Of a DNA stretch of 64,000 bases, positions 1 to 8,581 are shown in pieces; position 1 is the first letter of the stretch, and each line of letters opens with the position of its first letter. This DNA is from Phycisphaerales bacterium (GTDB lineage: Bacteria; Planctomycetota; Phycisphaerae; UBA1845): assembly GCA_020348265.1 (NCBI GenBank), contig CP070744.1, positions 5,370,772 to 5,434,771 on the forward strand, given 5' to 3'. The notes beneath the pieces were generated by a model. That model ran no database searches. It was not told the origin of the DNA and saw nothing but the letters and a program-made list of their open reading frames with translations. Made by a program: the position numbers and the translations under genes.

Positions 1-1524
1 GTGGCTCGCGCCCGTCCCAAGGTCATCCTCTGCGACGTGGAACTACCGGACCGAAGCGGCGTGGAAGTCTGCAGGTCGCTTCGGAAGAACCCGGAATGGT
101 CGACGTGCTACATCATGCTGATGAGTGCCAGTGCCTTGTGCGATCTATCCGCGGCGGTGGTCGACGCAGGTGCCGACGACTATCTGGCCAAACCTATAGA
201 CCACGAGGAACTCGTGGCACGTGTCCGCGTGGGTATGCGGATGTCCTCGCTGCACGATCAGCTACGGCGAGCGGCGATTACCGATGGCTTGACCGGTCTG
301 CACAATCACGACCACTTCAACCGGCTGCTGGAATCCGAGATGAGCCGAACACGCCGGTACGGACACCCACTCGCGCTGATCATGATGGACATGGATTTCT
401 TCAAGGCGATCAACGACACGTTTGGCCACCTGGTCGGCAACGCCGTGCTGGAGAAGGTCGCATTCATTCTTCGCGAGAGCATACGCGAGGTTGATTCGGC
501 AGCCCGATTCGGCGGCGACGAGTTTGTAATCATCCTGCCGCAGGCTACGATAGCTGATGCTCTTCAGGTGGCCGAGCGCATCCGTGCGACACTTGCCGAA
601 TCACTGCGCATCGAAGCACTGCACGGTCATTCCTTGACCGCATCGTTGGGAATTGCTGATTCCGACGATCCCCGCGTGTCCTGTGCTGCTGATCTTGTGG
701 ACATGGCCGACCGGGCTCTTTACCTGGCCAAACATCGTGGGCGCAATCAGGCTGCCTGCAGCAACGAGGTCGAAGAAGGAGCCGAGTTGGTAGCGACGCT
801 GCAGGACGACGAAGTGGTTTCGCTGAAGCGACGTTTGACCGCGCTGAGTGTCCGGGCCAAGGATGTGTACATGCAGAGCGTTGCCTCATTACTGCAGGCC
901 CTGGATGAGAAGGATCCCTTTACCGCCAGACATGCGGTGAATACTTCGTTTTATGCCAAGGAGATCGCGGAGCAGATGGGCTGCAGCAAGGCAATCGTAA
1001 AGGCCATCAAGAACGCAGCCCTCCTGCACGACATTGGAAAAGTGGGCGTACCCGACAAGATCCTCATGAAGCGCACCCCACTCACCCGACTGGAGCGAAT
1101 GGTCGTAGACCAAGTACCGGCAATTGGAACGCGCATCGTCGATCATCTGCGTATTCTCGAGACCGAAGTGCAAATCATCCGTCATCAAAGGGAGCATTTT
1201 GACGGATCGGGATTCCCCGCGGGCATGCGCGGTACCCTCATACCCGTAGGGGCGCGGATCCTGTTGGTGGCCAACGCCTTTGATGCGATTACGACCGACC
1301 GGGTATACAGGAAACACCGGGGCATCGAGGAGGCCCTGGCCGAGATCGATGCCTGTGCAGATACACAGTTCGATCCTCGGGTGGTGATGGCTCTGCGCCA
1401 AGTGGTACAGCGCGACCGGGTAGCCTGGCAGCGACGCATCGACGATACGGTCGCGGCGATGCGCGTGCCCTCAGGCGATCGCGAGGCAGCCGTGCCCGAA
1501 TTCTCGCGAATCGATCCGATCTAA
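1..1524 (+). CDS. Response-regulator receiver (5' part cut by window edge) - GGDEF - HD-GYP hybrid c-di-GMP protein
   Basis: The ORF runs from the window edge and opens mid-receiver domain (KVILCDVELPDRSG...DDYLAKP). It has an intact GGDEF motif (RFGGDEFVIILPQ) with an RxxD I-site (REVD) 5 aa upstream. The C-terminal HD-GYP-type domain shows LLHDIGK and HQREHFDGSGFP, a GFP variant of GYP. Confidence 0.85.
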   Translation: MARARPKVILCDVELPDRSGVEVCRSLRKNPEWSTCYIMLMSASALCDLSAAVVDAGADDYLAKPIDHEELVARVRVGMRMSSLHDQLRRAAITDGLTGLHNHDHFNRLLESEMSRTRRYGHPLALIMMDMDFFKAINDTFGHLVGNAVLEKVAFILRESIREVDSAARFGGDEFVIILPQATIADALQVAERIRATLAESLRIEALHGHSLTASLGIADSDDPRVSCAADLVDMADRALYLAKHRGRNQAACSNEVEEGAELVATLQDDEVVSLKRRLTALSVRAKDVYMQSVASLLQALDEKDPFTARHAVNTSFYAKEIAEQMGCSKAIVKAIKNAALLHDIGKVGVPDKILMKRTPLTRLERMVVDQVPAIGTRIVDHLRILETEVQIIRHQREHFDGSGFPAGMRGTLIPVGARILLVANAFDAITTDRVYRKHRGIEEALAEIDACADTQFDPRVVMALRQVVQRDRVAWQRRIDDTVAAMRVPSGDREAAVPEFSRIDPI

Positions 1525-1783
1525 TACATCAAATCCAATCAGGTTCTAATCGAGCCAATCCCCAAGAGTCCACGCAAGCCGCACCACAACGTACTCGTTG
1601 ACCCTGGAAGGTCGTCACGGCGAGAACCGATCTTCCCCCGGGGACCACAGAGGGGCTGGCACACAGGTCCGCTAGATGCTAGGATCAGTGCGGCGGCACC
1701 AAGCGGCAGCGCCGGCCCTTGTGCTGCGGGCTCGCTGCGATAAGGCGACTGCCGGGGTTTGCGGAAGCGACGGAAGCTAAGTC

Positions 1784-2707
1784 ATGGATGATCGTGGACA
1801 CCTCACCACTGAGCAGCGAAACCCCCAATCCAAACGTCTGGACCGTATGTCGACGGAAGAAGCGTTCGATCTGATAAACGCAGAAGACGCGGGCATCGCT
1901 GCTGCAGTGGCGGATGCACGAGAGGAGATCTGTCGTGCTATCGAGCTCGTGGCGGGTGCCTTTCAGGCGGGAGGAGGACTCGTTTATGTCGGGGCGGGGA
2001 CGAGTGGTCGGCTTGCGGTGTTGGATGCTACGGAGTGTCCACCCACGTTCCTTTCCCCTCCATCGACCGTACAGGGTGTTATCGCCGGCGGACACGAGGC
2101 TCTTACGCGCAGCATCGAGGGGGCGGAGGATAGTCCGCTTGACGGCGCAGCAGCTATAGACCAGCGCGATGTCGGTGCCGAAGACGTGGTCTTTGGGATT
2201 GCCACGGGAGGTACCACGCCCTTTGTACATGGGGCTCTGCAGCGGTCTCGACAGCGCGGTGCCAAGACAGTGTTCCTTGGGTGTGTTCCGAAAGAACAGG
2301 TGGTCGACGAGGCAGACGTCTCCATCCGCGTAGTGACCGGTCCGGAAGTGCTCACCGGCAGCACACGCATGAAAGCCGGTACAGCCACTAAAATGGTTCT
2401 CAACATGGTGACGACCATTGCCATGGTGAGGGTGGGGAAAACGTACGAGAACTTGATGGTGGACGTGAATACGGGTGCGAACGCCAAACTGGTGGACCGC
2501 GGCACACGAATCATCCAGACGGTCAGCGGATTGTCGCGCGATGAATCGCGCAGACTGCTCGACAATGCCGGCGGACACGTCAAGACGGCGCTGGTAATGA
2601 ATGCCAAAGGTGTGGATTGTGAAACGGCAAAGTGCCTTCTCGAAGAGCAGGGCGGCCACGTCGCCAAGGTCATAGATCGGTCGTCGATACGCGATGCAGG
2701 GATGTGA
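1784..2707 (+). CDS. murQ: N-acetylmuramic acid 6-phosphate etherase
   Basis: 307 aa SIS-domain protein. It has TTEQRNP near the N-terminus and VGAGTSGRLAVLDATECPPTF, which are typical of MurQ. Confidence 0.9.
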   Translation: MDDRGHLTTEQRNPQSKRLDRMSTEEAFDLINAEDAGIAAAVADAREEICRAIELVAGAFQAGGGLVYVGAGTSGRLAVLDATECPPTFLSPPSTVQGVIAGGHEALTRSIEGAEDSPLDGAAAIDQRDVGAEDVVFGIATGGTTPFVHGALQRSRQRGAKTVFLGCVPKEQVVDEADVSIRVVTGPEVLTGSTRMKAGTATKMVLNMVTTIAMVRVGKTYENLMVDVNTGANAKLVDRGTRIIQTVSGLSRDESRRLLDNAGGHVKTALVMNAKGVDCETAKCLLEEQGGHVAKVIDRSSIRDAGM

Positions 2708-2729
2708 TGATGGGTAAGGAGACCATCCA

Positions 2730-3977
2730 ATGGAGGGTGTGGCAAATACACAGATTGGAAGGCAGCGCTCCGCAGTCGGATGCCTGGCGCCTCTCGTATT
2801 ATTCTCATTGAGTTTCACCTTGCTTGTTGGTGGGTGTAACAACCCCAGCCCGAGGAGTGCGCGCGGCAAACATATTGATCGGACAATCCGCGCGATTTGG
2901 GTGACAAGGTGGGACTACAAGACTCCGCGCGACATCGCCACGATTATGAAGAACTGTTACAAGGCTGGTTTCAATACGATTCTTTTCCAGGTGCGGGGCA
3001 ATGGTACGGTATTCTATCCTTCGAGGATCGAGCCTTGGGCCGATGAACTGGGTGGGCGTGACCCGGGTTTTGATCCGCTGGCCGTCGCAATTACTGAAGC
3101 CCACCGGCGCGGACTCCAACTGCATGCCTGGGTAAACGTCATCCCCGGATGGCGCGGCGAGAGGCCTCCCACGAATTGGCGCCAGTTGTATCACACCAGA
3201 CCGGACTGGTTCTGGCGCGACACACAAGGCCGGCGACAGCCTCCCGGATGGTATGTAAGTCTGAACCCCTGCTATCCGGAAGTGCGTGAATACCTCGTTT
3301 CGGTGATGAGGGAGATAGTCGGCAAGTACCGGGTGGATGGTCTGCACTTAGACTACATCCGATTTCCCAATGAATGGAACGATTCCTATCCGCACGGTGC
3401 ACGCGTGCCCGACTATCCTCGCGATCCGCGGACGTTGGCGCTCTTCAAGAGCGAAACCGGGAAAACCCCGGATTTGTCGCCGCAACGTTGGGATCTGTGG
3501 CGTACGGAGAAGATCACCCAGGTGGTGATTGATATCCGCGCTATGATTGCCTCGGTCAATCCACATGTGAGGCTGTCCGCGGCGGTAGGCGCCGATGCGG
3601 ATCGGGCCAGGCGCAAGTACTTTCAAGATGTCCGCCGGTGGTTGGAGCTGAGACTGCTGGATGCGGTCTATCCGATGAACTATGAGAAGGATATGCCCTC
3701 CTTCGCTCGCCGGTTGGAGATGTGGTCGGCGATGCGGCCGGGGATTCCGGTGGTCATGGGGGTGATGTTCGATAAGCGGGACAGCGGTGTGGTGAACGAA
3801 CAGATCAAGCGGACTCGGCAAAGGCCTGGACACTTCTCCGCTTTTGCATATAACTCGCTGTTTGAACGACTCGATGAACATGGGCGGCGGATGCGCGACG
3901 GGCAGAGTCGCTCGCGGGCGGATCTGCGCCGCAAGGTAATTCCCCATATTCGTCGAATTGGGAAGTTGAAAGCCTAG
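2730..3977 (+). CDS. Glycoside-hydrolase-like family 10 (GHL10/DUF187, YngK-like) lipoprotein
   Basis: Signal peptide with lipobox LLVGGC. The pattern IRAIWVTRWDY...GFNTILFQVRGNGTVFYPS...PWADELGG...DPLAVAITEAHRRGLQLHAWVNV matches the GHL10 pattern. Confidence 0.75.
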   Translation: MEGVANTQIGRQRSAVGCLAPLVLFSLSFTLLVGGCNNPSPRSARGKHIDRTIRAIWVTRWDYKTPRDIATIMKNCYKAGFNTILFQVRGNGTVFYPSRIEPWADELGGRDPGFDPLAVAITEAHRRGLQLHAWVNVIPGWRGERPPTNWRQLYHTRPDWFWRDTQGRRQPPGWYVSLNPCYPEVREYLVSVMREIVGKYRVDGLHLDYIRFPNEWNDSYPHGARVPDYPRDPRTLALFKSETGKTPDLSPQRWDLWRTEKITQVVIDIRAMIASVNPHVRLSAAVGADADRARRKYFQDVRRWLELRLLDAVYPMNYEKDMPSFARRLEMWSAMRPGIPVVMGVMFDKRDSGVVNEQIKRTRQRPGHFSAFAYNSLFERLDEHGRRMRDGQSRSRADLRRKVIPHIRRIGKLKA

Positions 3978-3997
3978 CGACCTGCACGGAGCGCGAA

Positions 3998-5035
3998 ATG
4001 ATCGCAGTCGGCATCGACGTGGGAGGCACACAGACACGTGTCGGTGCGTTCAACACCGATGGCACAGGGGATATAAAGCCGGTTGTCAGGTGTCATCCCA
4101 GCGTCTGCGACAGGCATGGCAATATGCTTGTCGACTGGATGGTCCGAGCTGTTGGCGAGGTTATTGAAGAGAGCCTTGCTGGAGGTACTGCCTGCAACAC
4201 TCCTGCCAAACGGCAGAGAGAGACCACTGAACCGCCACATGACGAGGTTGCGGTCATCGGATTGGCCTTGCCGGGAATTCTGGATCGTTATCGGCACATA
4301 CTAATCCGGTCGGTAAATGCGGCGTTTTTTGAGCGAAGGCCCATTGTCGACGAACTCGCAGAGCGAACAGGGCATCACGTCTGTTTGATGACCGATGCGG
4401 AGGCGGCTACTTGGGGTGAGTACAGTGCGCGTGCCATTGATGAGCCTGCCTACAGGAAGTGCCGGCCCGGGCTTAGGCGCGCGGTCCGGTGTTTTGTGCA
4501 TCTTCGGTTGGGGACCGGGGTTGCCTGTGGAGTGGTGATCGAAGACAGCCTCCGGTGCTCGGACGTAAATCGCTCATGCCATCTGGATGAACTTGTCATT
4601 GACCGTAGTGACAACGCATTGACCTGCCCGTGCGGTCAGCGTGGATGTTTGGAGACTGTGGCTTCCGGCCCAGCCCTGCGCAAAGCGTGCGCAGATGCAG
4701 GGTACTCTGATAACTTATCCGATCTGCAGAGCGGTTGGGAACACCACGAGGAGACTGCCCGCACGATTGTCCACAATGCAGCTCAGGCATTGGCCCAGGC
4801 GTTTACGCAACTTGCTGAATATTCCGATGTTATTGTCATTTCCGTTGGTGGGGGAGTTGTAACAGCACTGCCGGCCCTTCTCCATGAGGCGATCAGAGTG
4901 TACAACATTCACCAATCACCCTGTAAGCACGGCCTGGTTCAAATCATCGGGGCAAAGTGCGGCGACCATGCCGGCGTTATCGGGGCGGGACTGTTGGCCG
5001 TTGAATACTTGTGCCACTCATTAGATGTCCCGTGA
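3998..5035 (+). CDS. ROK-family sugar kinase (GlcNAc/MurNAc-kinase-like)
   Basis: N-terminal ATP-binding motif IAVGIDVGGTQTRVGAF and the ROK Cys motif CPCGQRGCLETVASGPAL. Confidence 0.8.
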   Translation: MIAVGIDVGGTQTRVGAFNTDGTGDIKPVVRCHPSVCDRHGNMLVDWMVRAVGEVIEESLAGGTACNTPAKRQRETTEPPHDEVAVIGLALPGILDRYRHILIRSVNAAFFERRPIVDELAERTGHHVCLMTDAEAATWGEYSARAIDEPAYRKCRPGLRRAVRCFVHLRLGTGVACGVVIEDSLRCSDVNRSCHLDELVIDRSDNALTCPCGQRGCLETVASGPALRKACADAGYSDNLSDLQSGWEHHEETARTIVHNAAQALAQAFTQLAEYSDVIVISVGGGVVTALPALLHEAIRVYNIHQSPCKHGLVQIIGAKCGDHAGVIGAGLLAVEYLCHSLDVP

Positions 5036-5066
5036 GGTCCCCTTGAGGACTGCCGCCGTCGTCCCT

Positions 5067-5111
5067 CATTCCGAGCCGTCCCGATGCACATCGGGATCAG
5101 GGAGCGGAATG
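5067..5111. other. Compound inverted repeat between the ROK gene and the STAND gene (terminator-like, no T-run)
   Basis: CCCGATG-CA-CATCGGG (5080-5095) is flanked by CATTCCG (5067-5073) and CGGAATG (5105-5111). Confidence 0.35.
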
Positions 5112-5221
5112 CATGGGGTCGACAACCGCGGCTCCAATAGACCGGCAAGATTCGTCAATATTGGGGATGCAGGCGATCGATCCTCCTGGTAGGATTGCTC
5201 GGACGTCGAGGGCACGTACAA

Positions 5222-7807
5222 ATGGGTGCGGAAGTCGACATCACGCGCAAGGGCATCCTGGTCGGTCTTCTTGATACGTTATACGATTACTTCAAGGATG
5301 ACCTTCCGGGTATTGTGCGCTTCCCGACGCGCCTTGCCCTTGCCGTTGCCCACAAGGCATCCCCGGACCAGCGGGCCGCCCTCAAGAGCGCAACGAAAGC
5401 AGACATAGAGGACGCAATCCTCCATTCATCCCTGGCTGCTGAGTACGCTGCCAAGGGAATGCTCACGGCCCAGGCGATCGATGATGCTGTGCGGCATCTC
5501 CAGCGGGCGTTCGTCGAAGGTATCGATGCAATCCGTGTGGATGTGGCTGAGGTCAAAGGTGATACGGGTGAGAGTCTTGCGATACTGCGGAGACTGGCCC
5601 GGGAATCGCGCGAGCGCGGCGATCTCGATCGGCCATTTACCCTTACTCCCCCGAGGAACATCCCCCCGCGGAACAAGAAGTTCGCCGGGCGGCGGGCTGA
5701 GCTCGACGAGGTCCACCGGCGGCTCTGCGGGGAGGCCGAGCTGGGCGTTACCCAGGAGACGGCTGCCCACGGCTATGGCGGGAGCGGCAAGACCGCCGTG
5801 GCCATCGAGTATGCCTGGACCCATCTGGACGACTATCCCGGCGGGGTCTTCTTCGCCCTCTGTGACGCGGACGTGCTCACCCCGGCAATAGCCGCCCTGG
5901 CCCCCCACTTATGGATCGAGGATGCCGAAACCCAGGAGCGAACCGCCCTTCTGGTGAAGATGCGCCTGGAAGGGGGCCCGCCCGCACTGCTGATAATGGA
6001 CAACGTGCGCGATACCGCCCAGTTCAACTCCGACGAGTGGACGGGCGTCCTGCCCGGCGGGAGCTGCCGCAGGCTCATCACCACGCGGAGTGATCGACTC
6101 GGCGATGTGGATATGTACCCAATCCAGCGGCTACCCCGCGATCAGGGCATCGAGCTGTTGGCCAAGTTCCGCCCCGACGCTGCCGATCCCGTAAGCGAGG
6201 AGCTTCTGGGCAACATCGTGGACTTCTTCGACGGCCTGGCTGTGGGGTTGACCGTGGTGGGTGTCTACATGTCCATCCACCCGGAGCTGCCCTGGACCGA
6301 TTTCGCTGCCGGATTGGAGAACAAGGGCCTGGGCGGGGTCCGAACGATGGAAGACGAGGTAGGCATACTTCCCCAGCGCTACAACCAGCGTGTCGACGCC
6401 ATCTTCGATGATACCTTCGATGTCCTCCCCGCCGAGCAGCAGCGGGCCCTTCAGTACGCCGCCCTGCTCCCCGAGGATTCCATCGTGCGCCACTGGCTGA
6501 CCTACCTGCTGGAGCGCGACGATGAGGTGGAGCTTCCCGATCTGGTGGGCTACGAGAATAACCCGGCAGAGCCGACCGTCTCAGCCCTGCTGAAGAGGGA
6601 GTTACTCCGTCCCGTTGCTGACGACGAGAGTATCCTCGACCTGCACTGCGTGCTGCGCCAAAGATTGTGCGAACGACTCGGCGAAGACGAAGCGAATCGT
6701 GACCGACTCCTCGGCGGTATCGTCAACCTCGCGGAAGCCCGTGGCAAGGCATCCTACGATACGAGTACGTACAAGACTCTGCGAGGTGAGCACGCCTGGC
6801 TGTTTCTGCTTGCCAACTGCCTTATTGACCGCGGGAGAAGTAGTGCCGGCGTGGGACTGCTTAACGCCCTCAACTTGGCAAGCTGGAAAAACGTGCCGCT
6901 GGCCGCCTCCGAACCTCTCTTTCACGAGCGTCCGCGATGGCTGGGTGGTGCCCTTGATAACTCGGTTACGCTTGCCAAATCAGATCCGCCCCAGGCCCCT
7001 CCACTGTGGTCCAACCTCGTCGCTGCGCGAGTGGACGTAACCGGGCTCCAGTCGAAGCGCGAGCATTTGGAGCGGATGATCGCAAGAATGGAGAACTGCT
7101 TGGATCCGGACGATCCAGATCTGGCGGCGAGCTACTCCGAACTGGCAGCAGTCCTTCAGGACCTCGGCGACTTAAGCGAGGCACACAAGCGTATGGAGCA
7201 AGCGCTGGCGATCGATCAGAAGCACTTTGAGTCGGACCACCCAACCCTGGCGACAAGTTACTCCGATCTCGCAACAGTCCTTTGGGACCTCGGTGATTTG
7301 AGCGAAGCCCGCAAATGTCTGCAAAGAGCCGTTGCGATTTGGGAGAAAGACTTCCCGCTGAACGAGCAGACCTTGGTGGCGAGTTACCACAAACTCGCGT
7401 TGATTCTCTGGGCCCTCGGAGATTCGAGCGGAGCCCGTGATCACCTGGAACGGGTCATTGCGATAGATGAGAAGCGCCTTGACCCGAAGCACCCCACACT
7501 GGCAATAAGCTACACCAACCTCGCGGGGATTCTCCATGACCTGGGCGATCTGCCCGGAGGCCGTCAGCGTATCGAACAGGCGATTGCGATCGATGAGAAA
7601 CACTTCGACCCGGACCACCCGAGTTTGGCGACAAGCTACAACAACTTAGCCCACATCGAGTTGGCGGACGGTAATCGCGAGAAAGCCTGCGAGCTGTGGC
7701 AGCTTGCATATAGGATCTTCAGGAAACACTTCGACGATGACCATCCTAACGTCAAGGCAGTCGTCGAGATGCTGCAGAAATACTGCGGCGGTGTGCCGGA
7801 GGTGTAG
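5222..7807 (+). CDS. NB-ARC/STAND NTPase with C-terminal TPR (kinesin-light-chain type) repeats and an unassigned N-terminal domain
   Basis: Walker A GYGGSGKTAVAIEYAW, Walker B ALLIMDNV, RLITTRS (the NB-ARC TTR motif) and a GLPL-like GLAVGLTVVG. There are five ~42-aa repeats of the type DHPTLATSYSDLATVLWDLGDLSEARKCLQRAVAI. The track ORF starts at TTG 5195; the first ATG is at 5222. Confidence 0.85.
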   Translation: MGAEVDITRKGILVGLLDTLYDYFKDDLPGIVRFPTRLALAVAHKASPDQRAALKSATKADIEDAILHSSLAAEYAAKGMLTAQAIDDAVRHLQRAFVEGIDAIRVDVAEVKGDTGESLAILRRLARESRERGDLDRPFTLTPPRNIPPRNKKFAGRRAELDEVHRRLCGEAELGVTQETAAHGYGGSGKTAVAIEYAWTHLDDYPGGVFFALCDADVLTPAIAALAPHLWIEDAETQERTALLVKMRLEGGPPALLIMDNVRDTAQFNSDEWTGVLPGGSCRRLITTRSDRLGDVDMYPIQRLPRDQGIELLAKFRPDAADPVSEELLGNIVDFFDGLAVGLTVVGVYMSIHPELPWTDFAAGLENKGLGGVRTMEDEVGILPQRYNQRVDAIFDDTFDVLPAEQQRALQYAALLPEDSIVRHWLTYLLERDDEVELPDLVGYENNPAEPTVSALLKRELLRPVADDESILDLHCVLRQRLCERLGEDEANRDRLLGGIVNLAEARGKASYDTSTYKTLRGEHAWLFLLANCLIDRGRSSAGVGLLNALNLASWKNVPLAASEPLFHERPRWLGGALDNSVTLAKSDPPQAPPLWSNLVAARVDVTGLQSKREHLERMIARMENCLDPDDPDLAASYSELAAVLQDLGDLSEAHKRMEQALAIDQKHFESDHPTLATSYSDLATVLWDLGDLSEARKCLQRAVAIWEKDFPLNEQTLVASYHKLALILWALGDSSGARDHLERVIAIDEKRLDPKHPTLAISYTNLAGILHDLGDLPGGRQRIEQAIAIDEKHFDPDHPSLATSYNNLAHIELADGNREKACELWQLAYRIFRKHFDDDHPNVKAVVEMLQKYCGGVPEV

Positions 7808-7856
7808 CCCAACCGCCCTCGGCCAGGGGCGAATCCAGTGTGTGCCATTCAAATCG

Positions 7857-7948
7857 GGTGCCATGCCCAAGCCGAAGGCGCCGGCATGCTGGCTCGCAGG
7901 TCGCTTAGCATGGCGGCGTCCCGGCGCGCCGGGACTTAGCCATGGCAC
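7857..7948. repeat. REP-like palindromic element, family A (composite of a direct and an inverted unit)
   Basis: GGTGCCATGCCCAAG...CGCCGGCATGC...AGCATGGCGGCG-TCCCGGCGCGCCGGGA-CTTAGCCATGGCAC. The outer and inner arms are mutually reverse-complementary. The same unit recurs at 35777-35818 and 40633-40673. Confidence 0.7.
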
Positions 7949-7960
7949 TCTTGCTCGCCA

Positions 7961-8056
7961 CCCGTGCTTGGCTCCGGCGTCCGCACACGCGAGGGCGGGT
8001 GTGCCACACCCGTGCTTGGCTCCGGCGTCCGCACACGCGAGGGCGGGTGTGCCACA
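7961..8056. repeat. Perfect 48-bp tandem duplication; each unit is a hairpin
   Basis: CCCGTGCTTGGCTCCGGCGTCCGCACACGCGAGGGCGGGTGTGCCACA occurs twice head-to-tail. Each unit has CACCCG...CGGGTG inverted termini. Confidence 0.8.
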
Positions 8057-8348
8057 GGGCTCGATAGTCGATCGTCCACACTGGTGGACAAGCCACCGGT
8101 GTCGCCCGGCGTACGGACCGATAGCCTACATTCCACCGATGACGGGCAAGGCCAACAGTCCGACCTGGTCGAAGTTCCGCGGCTGCTGGACGAGCCGCCG
8201 GTGCCACGCAACCAAGGCGCTGGTGCGAGGTGAACGAGCCCTCGGCGTCACCCGTAGCCTTCTTATCGGGGTGTCCGCCTGCGCCTGGAACTGCGGCAAC
8301 GACTATGTGGGTTTTTGGCCTGAAATGCGGCTTTTAGGAAATCTTGGC

Positions 8349-8377
8349 TTGACATAATACCGCTGGGGCGATAGGAT
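8349..8377 (+). promoter_or_regulatory. Candidate sigma70-type promoter (TTGACA-N17-TAGGAT)
   Basis: TTGACA at 8349-8354 and TAGGAT at 8372-8377 with a 17-nt spacer, about 205 nt upstream of the PEP-CTERM gene start. This is a pattern match only. Confidence 0.3.
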
Positions 8378-8581
8378 GCTTACATTCGGGTGAGGGTCGT
8401 CAGGTTCTTGACGGCCGTTTTGGAGAAGTGAATACCGGCTACGGAGTGTGTGGAAAGAGCATGTGGCATTGTCTGCCGTACCCGTCGAGTTGGCGATGTA
8501 TGGGCAGCGTTTGAAAGTTGAAAGATCGCGGCCTTTCATATCGGGGCTTGTGAAGGTACCGCGGGAGGGGATGGACGTATT

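Noticed and set aside
1685-2869. 394-aa minus-strand ORF antisense to murQ. Similar long antisense ORFs occur at 19479-20687, 22106-23263, 28496-29332, 29981-30766, 37700-38470, 50478-51488 and 58060-59211.
   Set aside because: Each fully overlaps a gene with clear family motifs on the opposite strand. Their translations are R/G/P-rich with no motifs. Such shadow ORFs are expected in GC-rich DNA.
7961-8056. Possible CRISPR array, because of direct repeats with internal dyad symmetry.
   Set aside because: There are only two copies, directly abutting with no spacers. The unit is 48 bp, and no cas genes are in the window.
7704-8357. 217-aa plus-strand ORF spanning the STAND gene 3' end and the REP and tandem-repeat region.
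   Set aside because: Its sequence is generated by translating the palindromic and duplicated repeats; the duplicated peptide HPCLAPASAHARAGVP appears twice. It overlaps a well-supported gene and has no motifs.
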